Shown: positions 21,962-32,895 of the stretch, piece by piece | Layout: each line of letters begins with the position of its first letter | Numbering within the stretch: position 1 is the first letter of the stretch | Origin: Thraustochytrium aureum | Lineage: Eukaryota | Direction of reading: 5' to 3' | Length of the DNA: 41,766 nt | Assembly: GCA_012862495.1 (NCBI GenBank) | Contig: BLSG01000312.1 | Coordinates: forward strand, 88,636-130,401 | Translations under genes and position numbers: made by a program | Notes under the pieces: model-generated | Told to the model about the DNA's origin: nothing | Seen by the model: the letters and a program-made list of their open reading frames with translations, nothing else | Database searches by the model: none

Positions 21962-23329
21962 ATGGCGTCGCAGAAGGTTGCAGCGCTGGAGCAACGCGTG
22001 ATCGAGCTGGAGCGCCTGGTGGCTGACAAAGGGGAGGAGATTGCAGAGCTGCGGCTGAAGAATGGCGTGGACCTCGTGTCGGAGAAGCGCGAGCTGCTGA
22101 CGAAAGAGCGGGCGGAGGAACTGCTCTGCGGCGCGAGCGCCACGGCAGAGGCTGTGCGGCTTGGGACCAAGAGCTTCGGAAAAGACGCTGCCGAGGTGGC
22201 CGCCGGCGTCTTGGCCAAGCTGCATCAGGTCAAGGTGGCCGACCTGTCTGACATTATCGCCGGGCGCCCCGAGGCAGAGGCGCTGGAGGTCCTCAAAGCG
22301 ATGTGTGGGGCTTTGCCGGCGGACTCGTTGCGCGAGCTGGATCTGAGCGAAAACGCGCTGGGCGAAAAGGGCATTCGCGCCCTAGAGCCCGTTCTTAGCT
22401 CTCTGAAGGGCCTTGAAGCGATCCGATTCGCCAACAATGGGCTTTCCGAATTGTCGATCAAGCTCTTGGCGGAGTTTTTGCCCGTCGAGCACCTGCGAGA
22501 GCTTCACTTTCACAACAACATGTCGGGCTCAGGCGGCGCCAGGGCGGCGGCGAGCATCCTGGAGAAGTGCCGTGAGCTAGTCGACTTTCGCATGTCGTCG
22601 AGCCGCGTGGCCGCTGACGGCGGGCTGCCACTAATCATGGCAGTCCGCGGGCTCGGGCCGTCGCTGCGCAAGCTCAACTTGTCGGACTCGATGTTTGACG
22701 AGGAGTGGACAGAGGCGCTCGTCGGGGGTCTGGCAGGGCTGCCCAACCTCACCGACTTGGTGCTTCGTGACACCGGCGTTGACAGGGACCAGCTCCTCGA
22801 GGCTCTGGAAGACACGGGCGTGGTGCCCCAGCTCGCAGTCCTCGACGTGTCAGGCCTCGAGCTGGACGCAGACGCCGGCGCGCAGCTCGGGCGCATCGTT
22901 GGGGCGCGGCGCCGGTTTCGCAAGGTGTGGATGGACGACAACGAACTCGAGTCGGAGGGGCTCGCCAACTTTTGCCGCGCCGCGACCAACAAGGCGGCGC
23001 CAAGCATGCTCGAGCTCGTCTCTGCGCAAACAAACCAGGTCGGCCAGGTCGGCGCACTGTCCCTGGCGCGATTCGCGCTTGCTCATCCAACGCTGAAGCG
23101 GATCGAGCTCAACGACAACCAGATCGGCGCCGATGGCCTGGCCGCGATCAAGTCGCTGCTCGAAAAGGCAGGTCGGTTGGGCGTCTTGGGCAACTTGGAC
23201 GACAACGCTGACGACTGCGACGAGGACGAGGACATTGATTTGGAAGGCGAGGAGGCGGCCGAGGGCGGCGAGGACGACGACGCGCTTGGCGGCCTTAGCG
23301 CAGCGCTGGAAAAGTCGCTCGCGCTCTAG
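21962..23329 (+). CDS. RanGAP: Ran GTPase-activating protein (LRR domain plus acidic tail)
   Basis: KSFGKDAAE..ADLSDIIAGRPEAEALEV..LDLSENALGEKG..NNGLSE..LHFHNNMSGSGGA..FRMSSSRV, ribonuclease-inhibitor-like LRRs, and the acidic tail DDNADDCDEDEDIDLE. Confidence 0.93.
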   Translation: MASQKVAALEQRVIELERLVADKGEEIAELRLKNGVDLVSEKRELLTKERAEELLCGASATAEAVRLGTKSFGKDAAEVAAGVLAKLHQVKVADLSDIIAGRPEAEALEVLKAMCGALPADSLRELDLSENALGEKGIRALEPVLSSLKGLEAIRFANNGLSELSIKLLAEFLPVEHLRELHFHNNMSGSGGARAAASILEKCRELVDFRMSSSRVAADGGLPLIMAVRGLGPSLRKLNLSDSMFDEEWTEALVGGLAGLPNLTDLVLRDTGVDRDQLLEALEDTGVVPQLAVLDVSGLELDADAGAQLGRIVGARRRFRKVWMDDNELESEGLANFCRAATNKAAPSMLELVSAQTNQVGQVGALSLARFALAHPTLKRIELNDNQIGADGLAAIKSLLEKAGRLGVLGNLDDNADDCDEDEDIDLEGEEAAEGGEDDDALGGLSAALEKSLAL

Positions 23330-23480
23330 CTAGCGTCAGCGCTCGGGCGCGCTCCCTCTCTCTGGAGCTGGCCGTTTAGGGCAGTGGGGGCGGCGAACAG
23401 CGCCGCTCGACCGATTGTAGCTCGGGTTTGCTGCTGCCTTTCTAACTGATTTTGATTTAACATGCGGCCGCTGCTTTAGC

Positions 23481-23589
23481 TTCCCGCGAGCGGCGGGCTT
23501 CCCGTGAGCGGCGGGCTGCGAGAGCCAGCCCGTTCAGAGGCTGCGAGGGCCAGCCCGTGCAGGGGCTGCGAGGGCCAGCCAGTTCAGGC
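23481..23589. repeat. Compound minisatellite: 18-bp unit x2 followed by 25-bp unit x3
   Basis: TTCCCG(C/T)GAGCGGCGGGC at 23481 and 23499. GCTGCGAGRGCCAGCC-GTKCAG-- at 23515, 23540 and 23565, with no spacers. Confidence 0.85.
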
Positions 23590-23674
23590 GTCCCGCTCTA
23601 CTCGCACCGCCCGGATAGAGTTTAAAGAAAAAAAAATCAACTTGGGCCCGAGTTCATCTCACAGACGCTGTCGC

Positions 23675-24100
23675 CTAGCACTTGTAGCACAGGCAAGATA
23701 CGTTCTGGTAGTGCACGTGGATAAGCTGTCGTGCCTGGTGCACGACGTCAAACCCGAAGCCCTCGCCGATGATGACGTGCCACGGCCCGCCGAACTTTTT
23801 GTCCATGTTGGACTTAATTAGAGCAGCCGCAGACTGGCGCGCCAAAGCGAGGCAGGCCGTCAGCCACGAGCGGCACGCCGAGCGCGAGCGCACCCTCCCG
23901 CGTTCCCCAGTCCCACTTACCTCGTACTCGTTGGAAGACATGTACTTGTCGAGCGCCATGACGATTACATCGCGCGACTCGGTCTCCATCTCCAAGACCA
24001 TATCGCACGACCTGATTTGCGGCGTCTGCCGAAACTTTGACCAGCCCTCCATCTTGTACACTGGCTTGCTCTCTTGCGCGGTGGCGTTGGCGGTCGCCAT
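23675..24100 (-). CDS. DNAL4: Axonemal dynein light chain 4 (LC8 family), 2 exons: 24100-23921 and 23833-23675
   Basis: PQIRSCDM..IVMALDKY..|SAAALIKSNMDKKFGGPWHVIIGEGFGFDV..YKC. Removing the GTAAGT...CTGAC...CAG intron (23920-23834, 87 nt) deletes a non-homologous 29-aa insert and leaves 112 aa. Confidence 0.92.
   Translation of the reverse strand: MATANATAQESKPVYKMEGWSKFRQTPQIRSCDMVLEMETESRDVIVMALDKYMSSNEYEVSGTGERGRVRSRSACRSWLTACLALARQSAAALIKSNMDKKFGGPWHVIIGEGFGFDVVHQARQLIHVHYQNVSCLCYKC
23834..23920 (-). other. Spliceosomal intron in DNAL4 (87 nt, in frame, no stop codon)
   Basis: 5' splice site G|GTAAGT, branch-point-like GCTGAC, 3' splice site CAG; the homology break in the protein coincides with it. 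Confidence 0.88.
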
Positions 24101-25166
24101 CCTGACCCTCGGCCAAGGCCTCGCGACTGCGCGCTCTCCGCAAGCAAGGCCGCGGCGCAGCTCCTAGCCGTAGAGCGTGCTGCGGCCTCCCTCCCGCGTC
24201 CTCCTAGGCCCACGCAGCTCTCCCTCCCTCCCTCGCTTGCGCGATTCGCGTCTGCGTCCGCGTGCTCCTTCGTTGCCCAACACGCCTGCGTCCGCTCCGC
24301 AACGGTTGGCGAACACGACGTGCTCGCTCGTCACNNNNNNNNNNNNNNNNNNNNNNNNNNNNNNNNNNNNNNNNNNNNNNNNNNNNNNNNNNNNNNNNNN
24401 NNNNNNNNNNNNNNNNNNNNNNNNNNNNNNNNNNNNNNNNNNNNNNNNNNNNNNNNNNNNNNNNNNNNNNNNNNNNNNNNNNNNNNNNNNNNNNNNNNNN
24501 NNNNNNNNNNNNNNNNNNNNNNNNNNNNNNNNNNNNNNNNNNNNNNNNNNNNNNNNNNNNNNNNNNNNNNNNNNNNNNNNNNNNNNNNNNNNNNNNNNNN
24601 NNNNNNNNNNNNNNNNNNNNNNNNNNNNNNNNNNNNNNNNNNNNNNNNNNNNNNNNNNNNNNNNNNNNNNNNNNNNNNNNNNNNNNNNNNNNNNNNNNNN
24701 NNNNNNNNNNNNNNNNNNNNNNNNNNNNNNNNNNNNNNNNNNNNNNNNNNNNNNNNNNNNNNNNNNNNNNNNNNNNNNNNNNNNNNNNNNNNNNNNNNNN
24801 NNNNNNNNNNNNNNNNNNNNNNNNNNNNNNNNNNNNNNNNNNNNNNNNNNNNNNNNNNNNNNNNNNNNNNNNNNNNNNNNNNNNNNNNNNNNNNNNNNNN
24901 NNNNNNNNNNNNNNNNNNNNNNNNNNNNNNNNNNNNNNNNNNNNNNNNNNNNNNNNNNNNNNNNNNNNNNNNNNNNNNNNNNNNNNNNNNNNNNNNNNNN
25001 NNNNNNNNNNNNNNNNNNNNNNNNNNNNNNNNNNNNNNNNNNNNNNNNNNNNNNNNNNNNNNNNNNNNNNNNNNNNNNNNNNNNNNNNNNNNNNNNNNNN
25101 NNNNNNNNNNNNNNNNNNNNNNNNNNNNNNNNNNNNNNNNNNNNNNNNNNNNNNNNNNNNNNNNNN

Positions 25167-28100
25167 GGACTGAAGAAGGATGGAGCGCTGACGGCGAGCG
25201 AGCTGGAGAGGGCCAAAGCACAGGGGCTCGTGCGGGCCTCGCGGAACCGTTTTTTCACGCGGCGGCCAGCGCGGAGCTGGGGTTCTCCTCGCGCGGGAGC
25301 TCTGTTCTAGTCAACATAAACGACGTGCTTGACGCGCGGCGCGGCAAGGTGCTGGACAACAGGTCGATCCTCAAGATCGACTACGTGCCGAACCAGTCGG
25401 GCGACGACCTGTACCCCGTGCGCATCAATGGCACCCTTCAACCTTCGGCAGAGCCCGACGACGCGGATCTTCGGCGTGGCGCAGCCCTCGATCGCGGGGA
25501 TCCGGGGCATTCTCAATCTGCTAGGTGTGGGCCGTGGCGCCCCGGGCGTCGACGCGCTAGAGTCGCCCGCTCTGAGGCGCAGCGTGCTGTGGATCAACCT
25601 CCGCGAGGAGCCAACGCTCTACGTAAACGGTCGCAGCACCGTGCTGCGCGAACGGAGCGAGCCCTTCCACAACATCGACCAGCTGCAGGGCATCGACCCC
25701 CAGCGGATCCGCGAGCTGGAGATGCGGCTCAAAGAGGACGTTGTGGACGAAGCAGCCGTGTACAACGGAAACCTCGTTCTCCACGAGGAGAAGCGACGCC
25801 GCGACTGGAGGCGAGCTGGGAAGCCGTGACGCTCGACGACATCAGGTCTCCGGACGAGGTCTTCTTCACATTCAACATGCAAGGGTACCGCGTCCGCTAT
25901 GCGCGGATCCCGACAACGCCGGAAAAAGCTCCCACGCCAGAGTTCTTTGACTCCCTTGTCGCCTGCCTCATGGACACGTCGCCGCAGACCACCATTGTGC
26001 TCAACTGCCAGACAGGCGCGTCGCGAAGCACGATCGGCATGGTTGCCGCGGGCCTCGTGCAAATGTGGCGCGGTCTCATCGAGATCCCCAAGCAACTCTC
26101 GCAGTCCAGCCGGGCCGGACTGGACCGCGGTGGGCGAAAGTCGCTGTTGACTCAGCCGAGCGTGCCGGAGGGCCTTGAAGTGGAGGAGGAAGGGGACGAG
26201 GAAGGGTCGACTGCAGAGCCAGGCAGGGCCTCGGCCCCGCAAAGCCCGCGAAACGCGAGCGGCTCGCCCAGGTCGGCCGACGCCAGCAGCGGCGCCCTGG
26301 CAGCCCCAACACGGAAGTCGTGCCGCTGAGCCCCATCGCCAAGGTGAAGAGCCGCCTCCACGTCGTCCGCGTGCTGAGCGGCGCTGCGCTTTCCTCGCTA
26401 GAAGAGGGATTGGACATGCAGGCGCCCGGCCGCGCCAAGCTCGGGCACGGGTACTCCTCGAACGACTCGGTGTCCCGGCAGCTGGAGGCGGGCTGGTACC
26501 AGCCGACGCTCAACCTGATCCGGCTCATCGATGCGGGCCGCGAGGCGAAGAAGCACGTCGACTTTTTCTCTGAGGACGCCTCGCACCTGGTCAACCTGCG
26601 GTCCACGATCTTTCTTCAGCGCAGCAGGGCGAGCCGCGAGCGGCACCTGCCCAGCGAGCAGTTCAAAATCGGGCGGGCCGCCACGGCGCTGCTGCGGTAC
26701 CTGATGCTGATCACGTTCGACGCCTACCTGGGTGCGCAGGTCGAAAAGGTCCTGTCGCAAAGCCGGCGGCTCGCCAGCTCGAGCCCCACGCCGCACTCGC
26801 GCTCCGGGTCGGGCTCGTGGGCGAGTGCGGCCGGGCCCTCTCGCGCCTGGGGCGAAGAGGCCGCACCGGAGGGCATTTTCCCGCAAACGTTTAACCAGTG
26901 GCTACGCGCTCGACCGGAAATCTTGCGTCTGCTAGAGTCGGTCGAGCGCGAGCCAACGCAGGCGCTCGAGGCCCTTGACGTGCCGAGCAGTCTCGGCCTC
27001 GAGGAGACGTCGGCGCTGCGTCGCGACATGCGCGAGGCCATGGAGGCGAGGCGCGGCTCGATGCTCAACACGGACACGATCCTCAAGGCGGACCACTTTC
27101 CGGGCGGACTCGCGGAGCGCACCTTGGTCGAGCGGCACACGAGCGCAGTGGCGATCCGCGGCGCGCCCAACTTTCGCAACGTGGAGGGGACCCGCGTGTA
27201 CGGAGTGTGCACGCCGACTGTCGACGCGGCCTCGTCGATCATCCGGTACATCCAGACCGCCTCGAACGCGCGCAAAATTGTGTGGACCAACCTGCGCGAG
27301 GAGCCCATCGTGTACATCAACAAGCAGCCGTTCGTGCTTCGGAGCGTCAAGCAGCCGTTCCGGAACGTGAACGAGTTTGTGATGATCAACCCGGAGCGGC
27401 TCGAGGCAGCCGAGCGGCGTTTGAAGGAGGACATCCTCGCAGAGGCCAAGAGGTACAACGGCCGCATCCTTGTGCACTCCGAGTCGGACGACCGGAGCTT
27501 GCAGCTCATGTGGGAGTCGGTGACCGAGGAGGACGTGTTGACCCCGCGCGAGGTCTACGAGAGCCTTGTGGAGAGCGGGCTTCCCGTGGACTATGCGCGC
27601 GTGCCGCTCACGCCCGAGCAGCCGCCCTCGCCGGCGGACGTGGACCACCTGCTCGAGCGCGTCCGCGCGGCCAAGTCGCAAACGAACGCTCACTTTGTCT
27701 TCAATTGCCAGCTGGGCCGAGGCCGGTCCACCACGGCGATGGCGATCGCGCTGCTCGAGCTGCAGCGCGACGACGACCCGGGCTCCGAGTTCCTGGAGGA
27801 CCTCCTCGCCTTTGGCAGCAAGGCGGCGCTGAAGCACGACGGGGAGGAGCAGCCTTCGGGCCGGCCCGGCCTCCGCGACGGGTCGCAGTTGGCCCTTCTC
27901 CGCTCGCCCTCCGTCGCGGGCTCCTCGCGGCTTGTGCATGCGCGACGCCAGGCGAACGGCGTCGCGATCGGGGGCGCCAGCGACGGTGGGTTTTCGTCTG
28001 ACGAGGAGGCCGGTGGCAGCGTCCGCGGCGCGCGCTCGCAGACGAGCGGGCGGCCTGGGCGCGACGGCGCCAGCACACCGCCGGTCGGCGGTGGCGCGAG

Positions 28101-29801
28101 CAACTCCTCCGAGTCGAGCGACGGCGAGGAGTACGGCGAATCGACCTCCGGGCAGCTCATGCCGCACCGCGGCGGTGCGCAGGTCGGAGGCAAGGGCGGC
28201 GCCATGGGCGCGTCCGCGCCAGAGGAGGAGTTTAGCGTGATCCTGAGTGTGGTGCGCGTGCTCAGCAACGGGGTCATGGCCAAGAAGTGGGCCGACCTGG
28301 TGATCGACCGGTGCGGGCAGGTGGAGAACGTGCGGCGCAACATTGGCCAGTACGTGGATCGGGCGGCCACGTCGCGCACGAGCGCGCGCGCGGAAGAGTT
28401 CATCGCGCGCGGCCTGCTCAACTTGCGGCGCTACTATGTGCTCGTCCTCGTTGCTGCGTACCAGATTTCGTTCTCAAACTCGGGCCCGCATACCTTTTCG
28501 CAGTGGTACTTTCGGCGCCCCGAGCTCAAGACGATCCTGAACGAGATTCAAGGCAAGGAGGCCTTGCGCGCCTCTGCGGACCGTGTCTTGTCCGGGCCGC
28601 CCCCGAGCGAGCACAACGAGTTGGCTGCCGCGGAGGCCGTGCCCGACTCGTCCGGCGCTGACGCCGGAGCGAGCGGGCCGGACGCCTCGCAGTCGAGCAT
28701 TTTCCACTTTGTGGCGCGGCGCAGCGGCATGGTGCTCACCCGCGGCTCGATCCTCAAGTCGGACCACTTTCCGGGGTGCAACCGGCTCAAGCAGGCCAAG
28801 GTGGTGATCCCGGGCGCCCCCAACTTTCGCGAGATCGTGAGCTCCGCCTCGCCCGAGCAGAATATTGGGATCTACGGCACGGGCATTCCCACGGTGGAAG
28901 GCCTGCGCGGCGTCCTCAAGCACGTCAGCGGGCAGCGCAACGGTGCGAAAGGCATCGTGTGGGTAAACCTTCGCGAAGAGCCCATTTTGTACGTCAACGG
29001 GCGGCCCTTCGTGCTGCGCAAGCTGGAGCACCCGTTCGAAAACCTCGAGCACACCGGGATCTCCAAAGACCGCGTCGAGGACATGGAGGCGCGCCTGAAA
29101 GTGGACGTCATCAACGAGATCATCGCAAACGAGGGCCGCTTGCTGGTGCACGACGAGGACGAGACGGGCCTGCAGCCCGTGTGGCTCTCCGTGGACATCT
29201 CCGAGGGCTCGACCGCGATCCAGACTCCGCGCGACCTGTACAGCATGCTCGCGAACGAGTTCAACGTGCGGCACTTTCGCGTCCCGATCACGGACGAGCA
29301 GGCTCCCAAGGTGACCGACTACGACGAGATCTCCAACGTGGTGCGCAACACGCCCGTGGACGCCGAGATTGTGTTCAACTGCCAGATGGGGCGCGGCAGG
29401 ACAACGACTGGGCTGGTCATCGCTTCGGCGGTCCGTCTCTGGGAGCGCCGCGAGCTGTGGTCGTTCACCAACAAGGCGTCTGATCTCATTCTCAGTGGCG
29501 TGATTCAGACCAAGCGCAAGTCTACGGGCTTGGTGCCCCAGCTGCCCGAGGAGGGCGCGGCCTCTGCGGACGAGCTCGAGTCGTTCCAGAAGCTCGTGGA
29601 GCGCGCCAAGTACCTGTCGGGGCAGTACGAGGCTGTTGGTGCGTTGACGCGGGTGCTGGACCACGGCAACATGGCCAAGACGACCACGGACGCGGTGATC
29701 GACACCTGCGACGCTCTGCAGAACTTGCGCGAGGCAATTCACAACCTCAAGGAGGTCTCCGAGTCGGAGGACAAGTCGCCGGTGCAGCGCGCGGCGGCCT
29801 T
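25167..29801 (+). CDS. Paladin-like protein with three PTP-like phytase/inositol-phosphate phosphatase domains. Both ends in gaps; several frameshifts between 25240 and 26320
   Basis: Three copies of RxGxxL...ILKxD, (GA)xNF/LR, W(I/T/V)NLREEP.(L/V)Y(V/I)N, LKxD, Y/FxR(I/V)P and NCQxGxxRST/TT, with the Cys codons at 26006, 27706 and 29380. Confidence 0.9.
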
Positions 29802-31072
29802 NNNNNNNNNNNNNNNNNNNNNNNNNNNNNNNNNNNNNNNNNNNNNNNNNNNNNNNNNNNNNNNNNNNNNNNNNNNNNNNNNNNNNNNNNNNNNNNNNNN
29901 NNNNNNNNNNNNNNNNNNNNNNNNNNNNNNNNNNNNNNNNNNNNNNNNNNNNNNNNNNNNNNNNNNNNNNNNNNNNNNNNNNNNNNNNNNNNNNNNNNNN
30001 NNNNNNNNNNNNNNNNNNNNNNNNNNNNNNNNNNNNNNNNNNNNNNNNNNNNNNNNNNNNNNNNNNNNNNNNNNNNNNNNNNNNNNNNNNNNNNNNNNNN
30101 NNNNNNNNNNNNNNNNNNNNNNNNNNNNNNNNNNNNNNNNNNNNNNNNNNNNNNNNNNNNNNNNNNNNNNNNNNNNNNNNNNNNNNNNNNNNNNNNNNNN
30201 NNNNNNNNNNNNNNNNNNNNNNNNNNNNNNNNNNNNNNNNNNNNNNNNNNNNNNNNNNNNNNNNNNNNNNNNNNNNNNNNNNNNNNNNNNNNNNNNNNNN
30301 NNNNNNNNNNNNNNNNNNNNNNNNNNNNNNNNNNNNNNNNNNNNNNNNNNNNNNNNNNNNNNNNNNNNNNNNNNNNNNNNNNNNNNNNNNNNNNNNNNNN
30401 NNNNNNNNNNNNNNNNNNNNNNNNNNNNNNNNNNNNNNNNNNNNNNNNNNNNNNNNNNNNNNNNNNNNNNNNNNNNNNNNNNNNNNNNNNNNNNNNNNNN
30501 NNNNNNNNNNNNNNNNNNNNNNNNNNNNNNNNNNNNNNNNNNNNNNNNNNNNNNNNNNNNNNNNNNNNNNNNNNNNNNNNNNNNNNNNNNNNNNNNNNNN
30601 NNNNNNNNNNNNNNNNNNNNNNNNNNNNNNNNNNNNNNNNNNNNNNNNNNNNNNNNNNNNNNNNNNNNNNNNNNNNNNNNNNNNNNNNNNNTCATCGGTG
30701 GCATGGTGAGGTCGAGGCGGCTCCGAGGCGGGCCGCTCGAGGCGCGAAGGACGCGAATTCCCGGTTCGGCGAGCAAGTTGGACTGCTCGAGGTGCTCGTA
30801 GGGAGGCCTCTCTGCTCCTGAACTTCCTACCGACTCCACCTAGTACCGACCGCCTCGCTTCTTCATCCCAAGGAAAGCAGAGAGCCGACTGCAGAGTCTG
30901 ATGGGAAAACCCAAGCGCGAGCGAGCGTGCACCCGCGAAACTCCAGACGTGCAGCCAGCCATCGCTGGATGGTAGTTGCCGGTACGGGATCGCGGGCGTC
31001 GGGCCTTGGAGATCGGTAGAATCGCAGAGCTAGACCACCTCCTCTTCCTTCCAAAGTTGATCCTCCTAGACT

Positions 31073-31099
31073 CTACTTACCCACTACTTACCCACTACT
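31073..31099. repeat. Short tandem repeat (CTACTTACCCA) x2.5
   Basis: Read directly from the sequence: ctacttaccca ctacttaccca ctact. Confidence 0.8.
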
Positions 31100-32010
31100 C
31101 GCCATTCGAAGGAGGCGTGGCCATGCCGTGGGAGGCCCAGGGCCTGCCTGCTGATGAGTGCCTCAGCGCGTAAGTGTTCAGTACACCGTTCGCGGAAAGA
31201 GAAAGGAGGGCGCTCTCAACCACATTGGCAAGCCTGAGCACGGCGGATCCTCCTTCCTTTGTGGTGCCGCTGTGCCACACGTCGACAGGGCAAGGAGTAG
31301 CAGCTACCTGGCGGTCTATTCTGCCTGGCCGCAGTGCCTCCGCGCTAGCGTGTACTCCACTAAGGCGCGAAACCGGGCGCAGCCAGTGATTCCCAAGAAC
31401 GGTATAGCGTGCACTTTGCAGTTCGCAGACCGAGGAGGAACGCAGGAGCCTTGACGCAGGCCTGTCGGCGAAAGCGTCGCGGCTTCGGCCTCGAAAACGG
31501 CGCAGTTTCCTCGGTAGAGTATACCGTCGCGGCTGCAGCCCACTGGCTCCCTCCGTCCACGAAACAGCGGCCGAGCCACTTCACGGGAAACCCCTGCGCA
31601 GGCCTCCCTTCGTCGCCGCCGCGCCGACATCCTGCGACAAGTCGCCCAGGTGCGTCCGCCACGGCCAACCTCCGTTCACCGACGTGCACCCCGGCGGCTC
31701 CTCCCTCCTTCCCGGAGGGAACCAGTTGTGACGGCGTCGTTCAAGAGCGGCAGGGCCCCGTGGAGGTCCCTGGCGGCCGGCCGCAGAGGCGCGCGGCGGG
31801 CTCGCCTTGTGGGCCGCGAGAGAGTTGCACTCGGGCGCGTTCCACTGTGCATTCCCTCCGCGGAGAGCACGAAAAGACGCTCAAGAGCGCCCGATGCGAC
31901 GCCATTTCAACGTCTTCCCCGCCGACCGGGTGAGAGGCAGGGCTCCCGGGCAGGCCGAGGTCGACATGGTGATGCTCGCGAGCGCCGCCCGCGGCCTGGA
32001 GTAACAGCTG

Positions 32011-32043
32011 CAGCAGCAGCAGCAGCAGCAGCGGCGGCGGCGG
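32011..32043. repeat. Compound trinucleotide microsatellite (CAG)7(CGG)4
   Basis: Read directly from the sequence. Confidence 0.9.
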
Positions 32044-32895
32044 CAGGAGGAGCCCCTGCGAGCGAGCTTCGCCTGGCGCNNNNNNNNNNNNNNNNNNNNN
32101 NNNNNNNNNNNNNNNNNNNNNNNNNNNNNNNNNNNNNNNNNNNNNNNNNNNNNNNNNNNNNNNNNNNNNNNNNNNNNNNNNNNNNNNNNNNNNNNNNNNN
32201 NNNNNNNNNNNNNNNNNNNNNNNNNNNNNNNNNNNNNNNNNNNNNNNNNNNNNNNNNNNNNNNNNNNNNNNNNNNNNNNNNNNNNNNNNNNNNNNNNNNN
32301 NNNNNNNNNNNNNNNNNNNNNNNNNNNNNNNNNNNNNNNNNNNNNNNNNNNNNNNNNNNNNNNNNNNNNNNNNNNNNNNNNNNNNNNNNNNNNNNNNNNN
32401 NNNNNNNNNNNNNNNNNNNNNNNNNNNNNNNNNNNNNNNNNNNNNNNNNNNNNNNNNNNNNNNNNNNNNNNNNNNNNNNNNNNNNNNNNNNNNNNNNNNN
32501 NNNNNNNNNNNNNNNNNNNNNNNNNNNNNNNNNNNNNNNNNNNNNNNNNNNNNNNNNNNNNNNNNNNNNNNNNNNNNNNNNNNNNNNNNNNNNNNNNNNN
32601 NNNNNNNNNNNNNNNNNNNNNNNNNNNNNNNNNNNNNNNNNNNNNNNNNNNNNNNNNNNNNNNNNNNNNNNNNNNNNNNNNNNNNNNNNNNNNNNNNNNN
32701 NNNNNNNNNNNNNNNNNNNNNNNNNNNNNNNNNNNNNNNNNNNNNNNNNNNNNNNNNNNNNNNNNNNNNNNNNNNNNNNNNNNNNNNNNNNNNNNNNNNN
32801 NNNNNNNNNNNNNNNNNNNNNNNNNNNNNNNNNNNNNNNNNNNNNNNNNNNNNNNNNNNNNNNNNNNNNNNNNNNNNNNNNNNNNNNNNNNNNNN

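Noticed and set aside
23515..23589. 25-bp direct repeats resembling a CRISPR array
   Set aside because: The units are contiguous with no spacers, there are no cas genes, and the context is eukaryotic.
31741..32079. Minus-strand ORF with a signal-peptide-like LLLPPPPLLLLLLLQLLL stretch
   Set aside because: The hydrophobic run is simply the (CAG)7(CGG)4 microsatellite read antisense, and the rest is not protein-like.
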